A DNA stretch of 64,000 nucleotides from Candidatus Altiarchaeales archaeon. GTDB lineage: Archaea > Altiarchaeota > Altiarchaeia > IMC4 > SCGC-AAA252-I15. The notes beneath the pieces are model-generated. The model did not search any database and was not told the DNA's origin. It was given only the letters and a program-made list of their open reading frames with translations. Position numbers and translations under genes: made by a program. The stretch is taken from the NCBI GenBank assembly GCA_014727915.1, contig WJMO01000008.1, forward strand, positions 1 to 64,000, read 5' to 3'. The stretch's first letter is position 1, and the number at the start of each line of letters is the position of its first letter. This document shows, one piece after another, positions 8,057-17,564 of this stretch.

Positions 8057-8956
8057 ATGAGGTGGGCGGCGGCGCTGATAGTGCTGATGATCTTGGGAAG
8101 CGCATCCTCAGAGACCGGAGAGTATAACATAATCGTCGAGGAGAACGGTAACGCCCTAGTGCTGATAGGTTTGGAGGGGGAGGGCGTGGTAGACATACCG
8201 CTGCCCCTTGACGTATCATATCCTCAGGTATTCAACGCCATGTACGTGGAGTCTGCGGACGGCATCGAAGTATCGCTCCCGGGGAACGAGTCGGTTACAG
8301 TAGCCTATCAGACGTCGATGATAACCTCCAAGACAGGGATGGAATGGTCTCTTGATATGGTTTTGGGAGGCATTTACAAGGCCACGGTGGCGCTGCCCAA
8401 GAACGCGCTGGTAAAGTCGGCGGCTCCCAAGGCCGGGCACAGCGAAACGCCGGAGTCCAAGAACATCGTCTGGGACAGCGCAGACAACATAAGGGTAACA
8501 TACGATTTCGCATCAGCACAGGTTACTCCCACCACGATGGAGCCAACCACTACGACGTTGGGGGCGACGACCACGACCGTGAAGGCAACGTCGACTACCC
8601 AGCCGGTTGAGGAGGGAGGCAGCTTCACAGGATACGTGATGATCGGCTTTGCTGTTCTGCTAGTGGGTGTTTTACTGGCAGCCGGAGCCTACTTCACGTT
8701 CTTGAAGAGGAGGGGGCCCACTGACGGGATGAGGAAGGTTATGCGGACATTGAGCGGCAACGAGTACAAGATCGTTGACACCCTCTTGAAGAACAGGAAC
8801 GGGATGAGGAGGAGCGACTTGGAGAGGACCGCAGGACTGTCCAAGAGCAGCCTCGCCCTAGCCCTGAACAGCCTGGAAAGGAAGAACATCGTGGAAGTGG
8901 ACAGGACCTATACGACACACTATGTGGAGGTGACCAAATGGTTCAAAGGACTCTAG
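8057..8956 (+). CDS. Membrane-tethered transcription regulator (signal peptide, extracellular domain, TM, C-terminal winged HTH)
   Basis: MRWAAALIVLMIL signal, Thr-rich linker, TM segment, LSGNEYKIV...AGLSKSSLALALNSLERKNIV HTH. Confidence 0.8.
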   Translation: MRWAAALIVLMILGSASSETGEYNIIVEENGNALVLIGLEGEGVVDIPLPLDVSYPQVFNAMYVESADGIEVSLPGNESVTVAYQTSMITSKTGMEWSLDMVLGGIYKATVALPKNALVKSAAPKAGHSETPESKNIVWDSADNIRVTYDFASAQVTPTTMEPTTTTLGATTTTVKATSTTQPVEEGGSFTGYVMIGFAVLLVGVLLAAGAYFTFLKRRGPTDGMRKVMRTLSGNEYKIVDTLLKNRNGMRRSDLERTAGLSKSSLALALNSLERKNIVEVDRTYTTHYVEVTKWFKGL

Positions 8957-9006
8957 TTCAGGCTTGTTCACCTAATGCTTATATTTCGTTCATGTTTGAA
9001 GATAAA

Positions 9007-9861
9007 ATGATGAAGACTGCGGCTATCTTTCTGGTGATTTTGCTCTCTGCTGCGGCAGCCTCGGCTGACGAGGGAAGGGCCTCGACTATGGTGAAGGCCT
9101 ACATGCAGTCGGAGGTGGTCAGGAGCGTGGCAGGCGACGACGCGGCGGACATGTCATTGGGGAAGGCCGTAGTCGGCGAGATGGGAGACACTAACAGCAC
9201 ACCAACCCCGCCGCCCATACCAGAGGAGGATAGCACAGAACCGGTCAGGACCGCAATAAGGGCGGAGAACGTGGAATCGGTGGGCTACCGCGGTTCTGAG
9301 GAGGAGTTGGAGGATGCTTTCAACACGAAGACAAAGGGTTTGAAGGAGGGAATCCGGGAAAGGGTAGTCTCAAGCAGCGTATTAGCCAGGAAGGTTGTCT
9401 TGGCCGTCGCCAGCAGGGAGGCCGCGACCGAACGTGAGATGAAAGCCAAAAACATGGAGATGGGCGAATCAGAGATGGAAGAAGAGATAAACTCCCTTTT
9501 AGAGGGGGAGGACGAGGTTGGGATGGATTCTGCCGTTACCGAAGTCTACACCGAACACCCTGGAAAGCCGCTGAAGGTAACGGCACAAAAGCCTGCAGAA
9601 TCCACTGCAGTAAGGGAGCGTGTAAAGGCCATGGACCCCGAATTCAAGAGGAAACTAGCCTATATCGCCGCCTACGGGAGCGAAGAGGAGAAGGCGACCC
9701 TAAGGGAGAGGCTGGAGTCCTGCGCGGACGAGGAGAACAGGATGACGGCAGCCAGACTCTACAAGAACATAAAGGAAAAGTCATTGAACCACACGATGAT
9801 AAGGATGATGCTTTTGAAGAACACTGAAACCAGCGTTATAGTAATGACCCAGACAGGGTGA
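9007..9861 (+). CDS. Secreted hypothetical protein
   Basis: Signal peptide MMKTAAIFLVILLSAAAASA; acidic, helical body. Confidence 0.7.
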   Translation: MMKTAAIFLVILLSAAAASADEGRASTMVKAYMQSEVVRSVAGDDAADMSLGKAVVGEMGDTNSTPTPPPIPEEDSTEPVRTAIRAENVESVGYRGSEEELEDAFNTKTKGLKEGIRERVVSSSVLARKVVLAVASREAATEREMKAKNMEMGESEMEEEINSLLEGEDEVGMDSAVTEVYTEHPGKPLKVTAQKPAESTAVRERVKAMDPEFKRKLAYIAAYGSEEEKATLRERLESCADEENRMTAARLYKNIKEKSLNHTMIRMMLLKNTETSVIVMTQTG

Positions 9862-9917
9862 AGATAACGCGAACCCTTTTAAATACTGCATAGAATATAG
9901 TTCTACGGATTATACAG

Positions 9918-12767
9918 GTGGTTGTGTTGAAATCAAAGAATGTATTTTTGGCTTTTTTCGTGTGTGTTTTGTTGACAGGATATGCGGCGGCCTTCTCGCT
10001 GAACGACATCATAGACTTCTTCAAGGGACTGTTAGGCGGAGGCGGCGACAACGTAGTCTGCGACCCACCGTATATGAAGGTGGGAGACGAATGCTGCCTC
10101 GACCGTAACGGCAACCGCATATGCGACAATGACGAGCAGCCCAGCACCACAAGGCCCCGTCCGCCGGGGACCACACAGCCCACGGGCACCACGCAGCCGG
10201 GGGCTGGGGCTACGACACAGACCACACAACCCAAGGCGACCACCACCCAACCCACACAGACCACCCTAGCCACCAATTTGAAGTATAAGAGGGTTACGTT
10301 GACTGGCACTCTCGTGTCAGACGTCGACCCGGTGATGACCAAGGACAAGAGATACCTCATCCAGCCGACGAGAGAGGCGGGGAAGGGCAGCTACGCGGAC
10401 CTGGTGGACATGAACGCCATGTCACTCGCCCACAACATAATGCTGTCGGGAGACCTGGTCTCTGGAGTGGACGTGCACATACTCTCGGACAGCAAGACCG
10501 CGTTGATACACACCAAGAAGTCGCCGGCTGTATTGGACAAGATAGACATCGCAGCCAAGGCCGTGGTGAAGAGCGCGGACCTTGCGGGGCAGGTGCAAGC
10601 GGACGTGGACACGTACGTGACGCCCGACGAGACCAAGGCTTTGGTGCCCACACGCCAGGACCCGAGCAACAGCTTCCTGGAGATAGTCGACATAGCATCG
10701 TTGACCGTCGCCAACAAGGTGTTCCTCACGGGAGACCTGGAGCCGGGAGTCGACTGCATGATAACCTCCGACAGCGGTAAGGCGATGATGCCCACCTACA
10801 CGCCCACGTTGAAGACTAACGTGCACTTCATAGACCTGAGCAACGGTAAGATTCTGAAGAAGCTGGGTTTGGACGGTGTTTTGGAGGAGGACGTGGACGG
10901 GAAGCTGAAATCCAACGACGAGATCATATTGATGCCGACGAAGACGTCGGTCCGCGGGTTCCTCACAATCATAGAGGCGAAGGCCATGAGCATACAGCGG
11001 AGGATCGAATTGAGCGGAACGCTCAAGGAGAGCGTGGACGTGTACTTCCTACCAGGGGAGAGGATGGCCTACATACCCGTGACCAAGGGGAGCCAGGGCT
11101 TCCTGGACATCATAGACGTCACCGGGAAGCAATTGAAGCACAGCGTGAAGTTGAGCGGCGACCTGGTCAAGGGCGTGGACGCCAAGCACGTGCCTGACGG
11201 GAGCAAGATACTAATGCCCTCGCATAGGGGGCCGACGGCATACCTGGACATCATAGACCCCGGCACGGGGAACAAGCTGAAGACTGTGACGTTGAGCGGG
11301 ATGCTCCAGGAACACGTGGACGTCCAGGTGTCGGAGGACGGTAAGACCGCGTACATGCCGGTGACAAAGCCGGGACGGGGGAAGATAGACATAATAGACG
11401 TGGCCTCCGGAAGCATCTTGAAGACCATAGACTTGAAGGCAGGACTGAAGGACGACGTCGACGCCCTGCTGACCATTAACACGAAGAAGCTGGCGGTTTC
11501 ATCGAGCAGCCGGGTGGCCTACGTGGACGTCATAACGAACGCGCCCTCGAAGAGCCTGACGGCACTGACCTCCGGGATGGGAACAGGATACGTGGACATA
11601 ATAGACCTGTCATCCAACACCCTGTTCGGTAGCATGGGGTTGGGCGGCGACCTGACCGCGGGAGTCGACGGAACATCCGGGGAGCTGGCGTCAACCACAC
11701 CACACTACGACGAGGACATGGTAGTCGAAGGCACGGACACTACCACCACAACATACCCGCCGACTACCTCGACCGTCGTGAGCTCGACGACCACAACCAC
11801 GGTTCCCTGGACGCCGGTGACGACAACCACCATCGGCGACATTATACCCACCACAACGGTACCAGGACAGGTAACGACTACCACGTTGGAGGACATCACT
11901 CAGACCACAACAACGACCATCAGCGACGCGGTCATCACGCCACGGTGCGGTGACGGGTACCTGTCATGGTCCGGCGCTCCAGGCGGCGGCAGCGAGGAAT
12001 GCGACCCCAACACAGGACCATATAACAACTGGGACGGCGCGCAGGTATACCCCTGCCCATCAGGTCTGCAGTGCGTTAACTGCAAGTGCGTAGGATGCGG
12101 CGATGGCAGGCTGCAGCAGCCACCCGAGGAATGCGACAGCTGGAGGTACAAGGTCAAGGTCAACAACGTATGGCTGTGGGAGGGCGACCTCATAGACTGC
12201 AGGGAAGGATACGAGTGCGATTGGAACACCTGCCAGTGCGAGAAGCTGCCAGTCTGCGGAGACGGAGAACTCGACCCAGGAGAGGAATGCGAGGTTGAGA
12301 TGGTCGAGATGTGCCTTACAGGGTTTGAATGTAACCTTCAAACATGCCACTGCGATAAGGTACCCTACTGCGGGGACGGCATACTGGACCAGGGCGAACA
12401 ATGCGAGACCGGGTCACCGCCTTGGGACTACCGCAGCTGCATAGACTGCATGTGGGTGACGGACTGCAACAGCTTCTGCAGCAGCCGACCGGACACGGGA
12501 GACGGAACACCATTCACGAACGTTGGAGGAGTTGGCAGCAGCACGGACTGCGCTGACAAGAACAACCCGAACTCCCAGCTGGCCCAGGCCATCGCAGCGC
12601 TTTCAGAGGACTGCTACGCCACATGCGGCAAGGGATACTTCCTCCCGGGCATATCCGGGAACTGCTGCTGCCTGAAGACCAACAAGGTAGCGTGCATAGA
12701 CTGCCCGGGACTGAACCCCAACTGCGACATCTCCATGACCCAATGCAGGGCAAGCATACCAATGTAG
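9918..12767 (+). CDS. Large secreted beta-propeller protein with Thr-rich linkers and Cys-rich (CGDG) repeats; adhesin-like
   Basis: Signal peptide, CCLDRNGNRICD motif, about ten ~45-aa repeats (LDIID...LSGxL...VD), four CGDG..EEC-type repeats. Confidence 0.85.
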   Translation: MVVLKSKNVFLAFFVCVLLTGYAAAFSLNDIIDFFKGLLGGGGDNVVCDPPYMKVGDECCLDRNGNRICDNDEQPSTTRPRPPGTTQPTGTTQPGAGATTQTTQPKATTTQPTQTTLATNLKYKRVTLTGTLVSDVDPVMTKDKRYLIQPTREAGKGSYADLVDMNAMSLAHNIMLSGDLVSGVDVHILSDSKTALIHTKKSPAVLDKIDIAAKAVVKSADLAGQVQADVDTYVTPDETKALVPTRQDPSNSFLEIVDIASLTVANKVFLTGDLEPGVDCMITSDSGKAMMPTYTPTLKTNVHFIDLSNGKILKKLGLDGVLEEDVDGKLKSNDEIILMPTKTSVRGFLTIIEAKAMSIQRRIELSGTLKESVDVYFLPGERMAYIPVTKGSQGFLDIIDVTGKQLKHSVKLSGDLVKGVDAKHVPDGSKILMPSHRGPTAYLDIIDPGTGNKLKTVTLSGMLQEHVDVQVSEDGKTAYMPVTKPGRGKIDIIDVASGSILKTIDLKAGLKDDVDALLTINTKKLAVSSSSRVAYVDVITNAPSKSLTALTSGMGTGYVDIIDLSSNTLFGSMGLGGDLTAGVDGTSGELASTTPHYDEDMVVEGTDTTTTTYPPTTSTVVSSTTTTTVPWTPVTTTTIGDIIPTTTVPGQVTTTTLEDITQTTTTTISDAVITPRCGDGYLSWSGAPGGGSEECDPNTGPYNNWDGAQVYPCPSGLQCVNCKCVGCGDGRLQQPPEECDSWRYKVKVNNVWLWEGDLIDCREGYECDWNTCQCEKLPVCGDGELDPGEECEVEMVEMCLTGFECNLQTCHCDKVPYCGDGILDQGEQCETGSPPWDYRSCIDCMWVTDCNSFCSSRPDTGDGTPFTNVGGVGSSTDCADKNNPNSQLAQAIAALSEDCYATCGKGYFLPGISGNCCCLKTNKVACIDCPGLNPNCDISMTQCRASIPM

Positions 12768-12772
12768 AGGGG

Positions 12773-12828
12773 AAAAGGGGGCACAACCCCCCTTTTTTCT
12801 ACCTTTTTATTTTCTTTTACTATTTTTG
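12773..12828 (+). terminator. Hairpin followed by T-tracts after the adhesin-like gene
   Basis: AAAAGGGGG-cacaac-CCCCCTTTT followed by several T runs. Confidence 0.7.
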
Positions 12829-12836
12829 TATTAACG

Positions 12837-14492
12837 ATGGCTCGGTGGTGGTTGGCTGGATTGGCGCTGATAATGTTGAGCTCCCATGCTCTAGCGTGGG
12901 GTGACTACACAAGCCAGTACTTCTGCGAGAAAGCTGCGAACGCTGTCTGGGGGGAGGAGCTGGTGTCAAGCTGCATGCTGGACTATGAACTGGGCGACCA
13001 GAAGAGCATATGCGAGATGATGCCCTACAAGAGGGCGGAATGCGAGGCTTTGAACGGGACATTCCACCCTGCCGCGATACCCAACAGGATAGGGGACGGA
13101 GACCTCATGCACCCCGGCGAATGCCCCATAAACATGTACCCCGACGAGATATACCTGTGCGCCAACGAGACCGAAGCATACGACAACGCCCTCTACTGGC
13201 TGGACAAGGCGATGCTCGCCGACACCGTCTGCAAGCGGATACGGCTGTTCTGCGTGGCCTCCAACTACATGGCCCAAACCTACAACCCGTTGAACATGGT
13301 ATTATACGAGGACGAGAAATGCCGGGACGTATTCAACCGGAAGGTCGACTTCGACCTCCGCGAGAACCAGACCAGCTGGGGAGTCAACCAGGTGTGCATA
13401 TTCAACTACCAGCGGCCCGCCGCGGGAGGCACCCTGCCCTCCAGGTACAGCCAGAGCATAACCATAACCGAGAAGACCACAAAGGATGTCGTGGAGAACC
13501 TCACAGCCGAAGCCGAAATCGTCAGGATAGAGCCTCTTGGAGAACCTGTCGAAGAGCCCACTACAACAACATTGGAGGAGGAGCGGAGGGACTGGTGCGA
13601 GAGCCGCAGCGACTGCATAACAGCCCCCGCCGACTGCTGCGGGTGCAATGCAGGAGGGCAGAACACGGCAGTACACAAGGAGATGGAGTCGCTTTACCTC
13701 AGGGAGCTCAGCGAAGAATGCGCATCCGACATAGGCTGCCCGTCGGTGATGTCACAGCACATATCATGCTACTCGAAACCAGCATGCGAGGAGGGGAAGT
13801 GCGTCCTGGAACCGGACCTGGACGCCCTATGCGGGGCAGAGGACATAATGGCCAACTGCCGGGGGGTAGACGCCACCCCGGATAAGGGAGAGGACCAGTG
13901 GCATGGGGTAAGCTGCGGATACATAAACTACCTTTGCATGACACTGGAAATCCCGACCACAACTACAACAGTCAAGGAGACGACCACTACAACAGTGAAG
14001 GAGACGACAACAACCTCACCGCCCCCAACCATACCACCCACGACAACCACAATACCGGAGAGGCAGGGCGGCAGTAGCATGATGCCCTACGCCATAGGTT
14101 TAACCATACTGCTGGCAGTAGTAGCATATTTCATATTGAGGCAGGAGGTTGGAGTGGAAAAACCCCCAGGGAAGCAGACAGGACTCAGCAGACTGGGAGG
14201 CGGGGATAAGAGGATATCACAGAGCAGGCACTCGAGCCTGGGGAACGCGGACACCATACCCAAGATGAAGGAACGATATGAGGGCATAATAGAGGAGGAA
14301 GGCAAGGAGCCCGGCGCAGGCAGGGGAGCTGTGGAAGCATTCAAGGACCGGAAAGGCACCCACCTGGACACCGCGGAAGCCCCCGAGAAAGAAGAGCACG
14401 AGCCCGCCCTGGTAGATGAGCGCAAAACCAAGAAGAAGCCCAGCACGTTGATACAGCATGAGCGGGAAGGGACAAGATTAGGGGAGAAATAG
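12837..14492 (+). CDS. Membrane-anchored surface protein with a degenerate P1-nuclease/Zn-PLC-like N-domain, Cys-rich domain, Thr linker, TM and cytoplasmic tail
   Basis: Signal ending ALA followed by WG; NYMAQTYNPLN matches the spacing of HxxxDxxxPLH. Confidence 0.65.
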   Translation: MARWWLAGLALIMLSSHALAWGDYTSQYFCEKAANAVWGEELVSSCMLDYELGDQKSICEMMPYKRAECEALNGTFHPAAIPNRIGDGDLMHPGECPINMYPDEIYLCANETEAYDNALYWLDKAMLADTVCKRIRLFCVASNYMAQTYNPLNMVLYEDEKCRDVFNRKVDFDLRENQTSWGVNQVCIFNYQRPAAGGTLPSRYSQSITITEKTTKDVVENLTAEAEIVRIEPLGEPVEEPTTTTLEEERRDWCESRSDCITAPADCCGCNAGGQNTAVHKEMESLYLRELSEECASDIGCPSVMSQHISCYSKPACEEGKCVLEPDLDALCGAEDIMANCRGVDATPDKGEDQWHGVSCGYINYLCMTLEIPTTTTTVKETTTTTVKETTTTSPPPTIPPTTTTIPERQGGSSMMPYAIGLTILLAVVAYFILRQEVGVEKPPGKQTGLSRLGGGDKRISQSRHSSLGNADTIPKMKERYEGIIEEEGKEPGAGRGAVEAFKDRKGTHLDTAEAPEKEEHEPALVDERKTKKKPSTLIQHEREGTRLGEK

Positions 14493-14494
14493 CC

Positions 14495-15088
14495 TCACGC
14501 TTTACCCTTTGATTCGCCACTCACGACACCTTGGGCTATCAGGTGCGCCACCCGTATCGGCTCCGGTATCAGGCTCCTGGTGGAGGATAGCCTGACTATC
14601 TCCTCCGCGTCCTTGAAGTTTATGCCGGCCGCCTGTATGTACACGAACTTGTTGTCACGGGTCTCCACAGGCTTCGGCTCCCCGGCATCCTCCATCAGCC
14701 TGTACCTGTCCTTCCCATCCCTGAGGTTCATCAAGGCTCTGCGTATTTCCCTGAAGTCTGGCATGTTCCGGGTTACGACTATGACAGGCAATCCCGTCTC
14801 CTCGCACAACCGGTTTATGTCCACCACGTTGAACCCGCCGAATGCGATGCCATCCAACATTATAACCCGCAGATCCCTGAACCTTGTCTTGCCTATGACT
14901 TCGGCCAAACGGGCGGTCGAGTCCAACCCGTCAACGGAGACCCGGGTGGAGATGACGCCATCCATGAAGCTCCCACCCCTGAAGACCGCTCCAACAACAA
15001 GGACGTCACTGTCATCGCGTTTGAAGGGCCCGTCGTCCAAGCCGAGGACCCGAACCTCGTCTTTGATGGAGTAGAACCTCGTGACCAT
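14495..15088 (-). CDS. DUF99/UPF0215 endonuclease V-like protein
   Basis: VLGLDDGPF, DGLDST, LDGIAFGGFNVVD, PEPIRVAHLIA. Confidence 0.88.
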   Translation of the reverse strand: MVTRFYSIKDEVRVLGLDDGPFKRDDSDVLVVGAVFRGGSFMDGVISTRVSVDGLDSTARLAEVIGKTRFRDLRVIMLDGIAFGGFNVVDINRLCEETGLPVIVVTRNMPDFREIRRALMNLRDGKDRYRLMEDAGEPKPVETRDNKFVYIQAAGINFKDAEEIVRLSSTRSLIPEPIRVAHLIAQGVVSGESKGKA

Positions 15089-15138
15089 ATGGTTGAACAT
15101 TTAAAAATCCATGGTTTTATAGTATAGAGAAGGGCAAA

Positions 15139-16197
15139 ATGGACGCATTAACTGTTCAAATCGGGGAAGTAACACACACTGTCGAGCCGGGAATAGTCAC
15201 TGCAGTAGGGGTTTTCATAGTTTCCCTTGTGCTGCTGCGGTTCTTCAGGAACATACTCTTGAACCGGATGGAGAAGATATCGAAGAAGACCAAGAACGAC
15301 TTCGACGACCTCATCATAAGGCTGCTCAAGGACATCAGGATGAGCTTCTACCTGCTGGCCTCCCTGTTCATCTCACTCCAGTTCGTGGATGTGCCGATGT
15401 TCCTAAACGACGCGATGAAGATAGGAGTTCTCATAGCCGCGATATACTATGCGATACGGTCGCTCCAGATAGTCATAGAGTACTTCAGGGACAAGGTCAT
15501 AGAGAAAAGGCTTAAAACCGACGAGACAGAGGACGTGTCCTTCATAAAGCTCATAGCCAACATAGCCAAGTACTCTCTGTGGCTGGTAGGATTCCTACTC
15601 ATACTGGCGAACATGAACGTCGACATATCCGCGCTGATAGCGGGAATGGGAATCGGCGGCATAGCCATCGCCTTAGCGGCCCAGAACGTCCTAGGAGACA
15701 TCTTCAGCGCCTTCAGCATATACTTCGACAAACCATACAAGGTGGGGGACTTCATCATCATAGGAGACGACCTCGGAGCCGTAGACAAGATAGGGATAAA
15801 GACCACTAGGATAAAGACGTTGCGAGGGGAGGAGCTGGTGGTCTCCAACCAGGAGATGACCTCCACGAGGATACACAACTTCGGTAAGATGCCGCATCGG
15901 AGGATAGACTTCGCGTTCGGAGTCACCTACCAGACGCCCGCGGAGAAGATGAAGAAGATACCCGGGATTGTCAAGGACATAATAGAATCCCAGGAGATGG
16001 TGCGCTTCGACCGCGCTCACTTCAAGAAGTTCGGCGACTTCAGCCTCGACTTTGAGGTCGTATACTACGTGGAAACCGCAGACTACAACAAGTACATGGA
16101 CACCCAGCAGGCCATAAACCTCGCCATCATGGAGGCCTTCGAGAAGGAGAACATAGAGTTCGCCTACCCGACCCAGACCATATTCATGGAAAAATAG
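15139..16197 (+). CDS. mscS: Small-conductance mechanosensitive channel
   Basis: AGMGIGGIAIALAAQ, DKPYKVGDFI, IGIKTTRI, IEFAYPTQ. Confidence 0.92.
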   Translation: MDALTVQIGEVTHTVEPGIVTAVGVFIVSLVLLRFFRNILLNRMEKISKKTKNDFDDLIIRLLKDIRMSFYLLASLFISLQFVDVPMFLNDAMKIGVLIAAIYYAIRSLQIVIEYFRDKVIEKRLKTDETEDVSFIKLIANIAKYSLWLVGFLLILANMNVDISALIAGMGIGGIAIALAAQNVLGDIFSAFSIYFDKPYKVGDFIIIGDDLGAVDKIGIKTTRIKTLRGEELVVSNQEMTSTRIHNFGKMPHRRIDFAFGVTYQTPAEKMKKIPGIVKDIIESQEMVRFDRAHFKKFGDFSLDFEVVYYVETADYNKYMDTQQAINLAIMEAFEKENIEFAYPTQTIFMEK

Positions 16198-16212
16198 GCG
16201 GAGCCTCCCGAC

Positions 16213-17514
16213 ATGGAACTATGGGACAGGGCAGCCGACATCCTGAGAGGCAACGACCGTGGGGGGTGGACCGTGCCCTCAGCGGACGTATACCCCTACC
16301 AGTGGCTGTGGGACAGTGGGTTCATCGCCGAGGGCCTCGCAGCCCTCGACCTCGAACGCGCATTCAAGGAGATAGAGAGCGTTTTCAGAGGCCAGTGGAA
16401 GAACGGCATGGTACCCCACATCCGTTTCGAAGGAGGGGACACAAGATTCTACCCCAGAGGCGAATGGGATTCCAGGAGACACTCGGGCATAGAGCATGAG
16501 ACATCCGGGATAACCCAGACACCCATACTGGCAGACACAGCACATAGGCTGTATCAGATGTCATCGGAGAAGGGAGAGGCCGACAGTGGCGTGGGATTCC
16601 TGGAGCGCGTTTACGACAGGCTCAGAGGATACCATCTCTGGCTATGGCATCAGAGGAAGTTCGAAGACACCGGACTGCTCGTCACACTGCACCCGGACGA
16701 GAACGGCATGGACGACAGCCCGATGTGGGACGGTCCCATGTCACGGGTTAAAGTGTCGGAGGAAGCAGGTGAGATGGCCGAGGAGAAGATGAGAACAGAG
16801 CCGGACACGCTATCGGGCAACAGGCCATCCGAGGATTTTTACGCGAAGAACTACGAGCTCATGGTGGAGCTGAAGACTGCAGGATACGACACCCGAAGCC
16901 TGGACGAAGACTACCAGTTCAGGGTATTGGACGTGTTGTTCAACAGCGTATGGGCCAAGAGCAACAGGGGACTAGCGAAGATAGCGTCAGTTTTGGGAGA
17001 GGAGGAAGACAGCAGGCTGTTCCTTTCCTGGGCCGACGATACCGTGAAATCCATGGACGATATTATGTGGGACCCTGAAAGCAGAATATACCATGACTAC
17101 GACACTGCAGCTGGAAGGCGGATAAAGGTGAGGACAGTCGGGTCCTTCACTGCACTATTCAGTGGATTAGAGGATAAGAAGCGGGCGGCCGAGGTCGCCA
17201 GGTCGCTGGAAGACCCGGCCAACGGATTCGCAACGGAATACATGATACCCTCCACTTCAACAATGGAGGAGAGCTACGACGAAGGGAGGTTTTGGAGGGG
17301 TCCCATATGGCCGTTCACCAACTACATAATATGCGAGGGGCTGAGGGAAAACGGCCTTGAAAGAGAATACGCCGGGCTGAGAGATCAGACACTGGAACTT
17401 GCAGGCAGATCAGGATTCCGAGAGTGCTTCACCATCGGAGGAGCCGGAACAGGAGTGGGATGTTTCAGCGCGACAGCCGCCATAGTCCTCAGCCTGCTGA
17501 GCCAAGGGGGATGA
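16213..17514 (+). CDS. GH63-like glycoside hydrolase (mannosyl/glucosylglycerate hydrolase type)
   Basis: YPYQWLWDSGF, GMVPHI, SGITQ, ENGMDDSPMWD, FWRGPIW. Confidence 0.82.
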   Translation: MELWDRAADILRGNDRGGWTVPSADVYPYQWLWDSGFIAEGLAALDLERAFKEIESVFRGQWKNGMVPHIRFEGGDTRFYPRGEWDSRRHSGIEHETSGITQTPILADTAHRLYQMSSEKGEADSGVGFLERVYDRLRGYHLWLWHQRKFEDTGLLVTLHPDENGMDDSPMWDGPMSRVKVSEEAGEMAEEKMRTEPDTLSGNRPSEDFYAKNYELMVELKTAGYDTRSLDEDYQFRVLDVLFNSVWAKSNRGLAKIASVLGEEEDSRLFLSWADDTVKSMDDIMWDPESRIYHDYDTAAGRRIKVRTVGSFTALFSGLEDKKRAAEVARSLEDPANGFATEYMIPSTSTMEESYDEGRFWRGPIWPFTNYIICEGLRENGLEREYAGLRDQTLELAGRSGFRECFTIGGAGTGVGCFSATAAIVLSLLSQGG

Positions 17515-17564
17515 GGCAGGCATACACTTCGATTAATATAAGATAAACCGCATTTTCTTATCCT

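Noticed and set aside
13955-14055. ACN-rich tandem repeats (TTTTVKE twice; also near 8530, 10150 and 11740)
   Set aside because: They encode Thr-rich linkers of surface proteins and are not independent DNA elements
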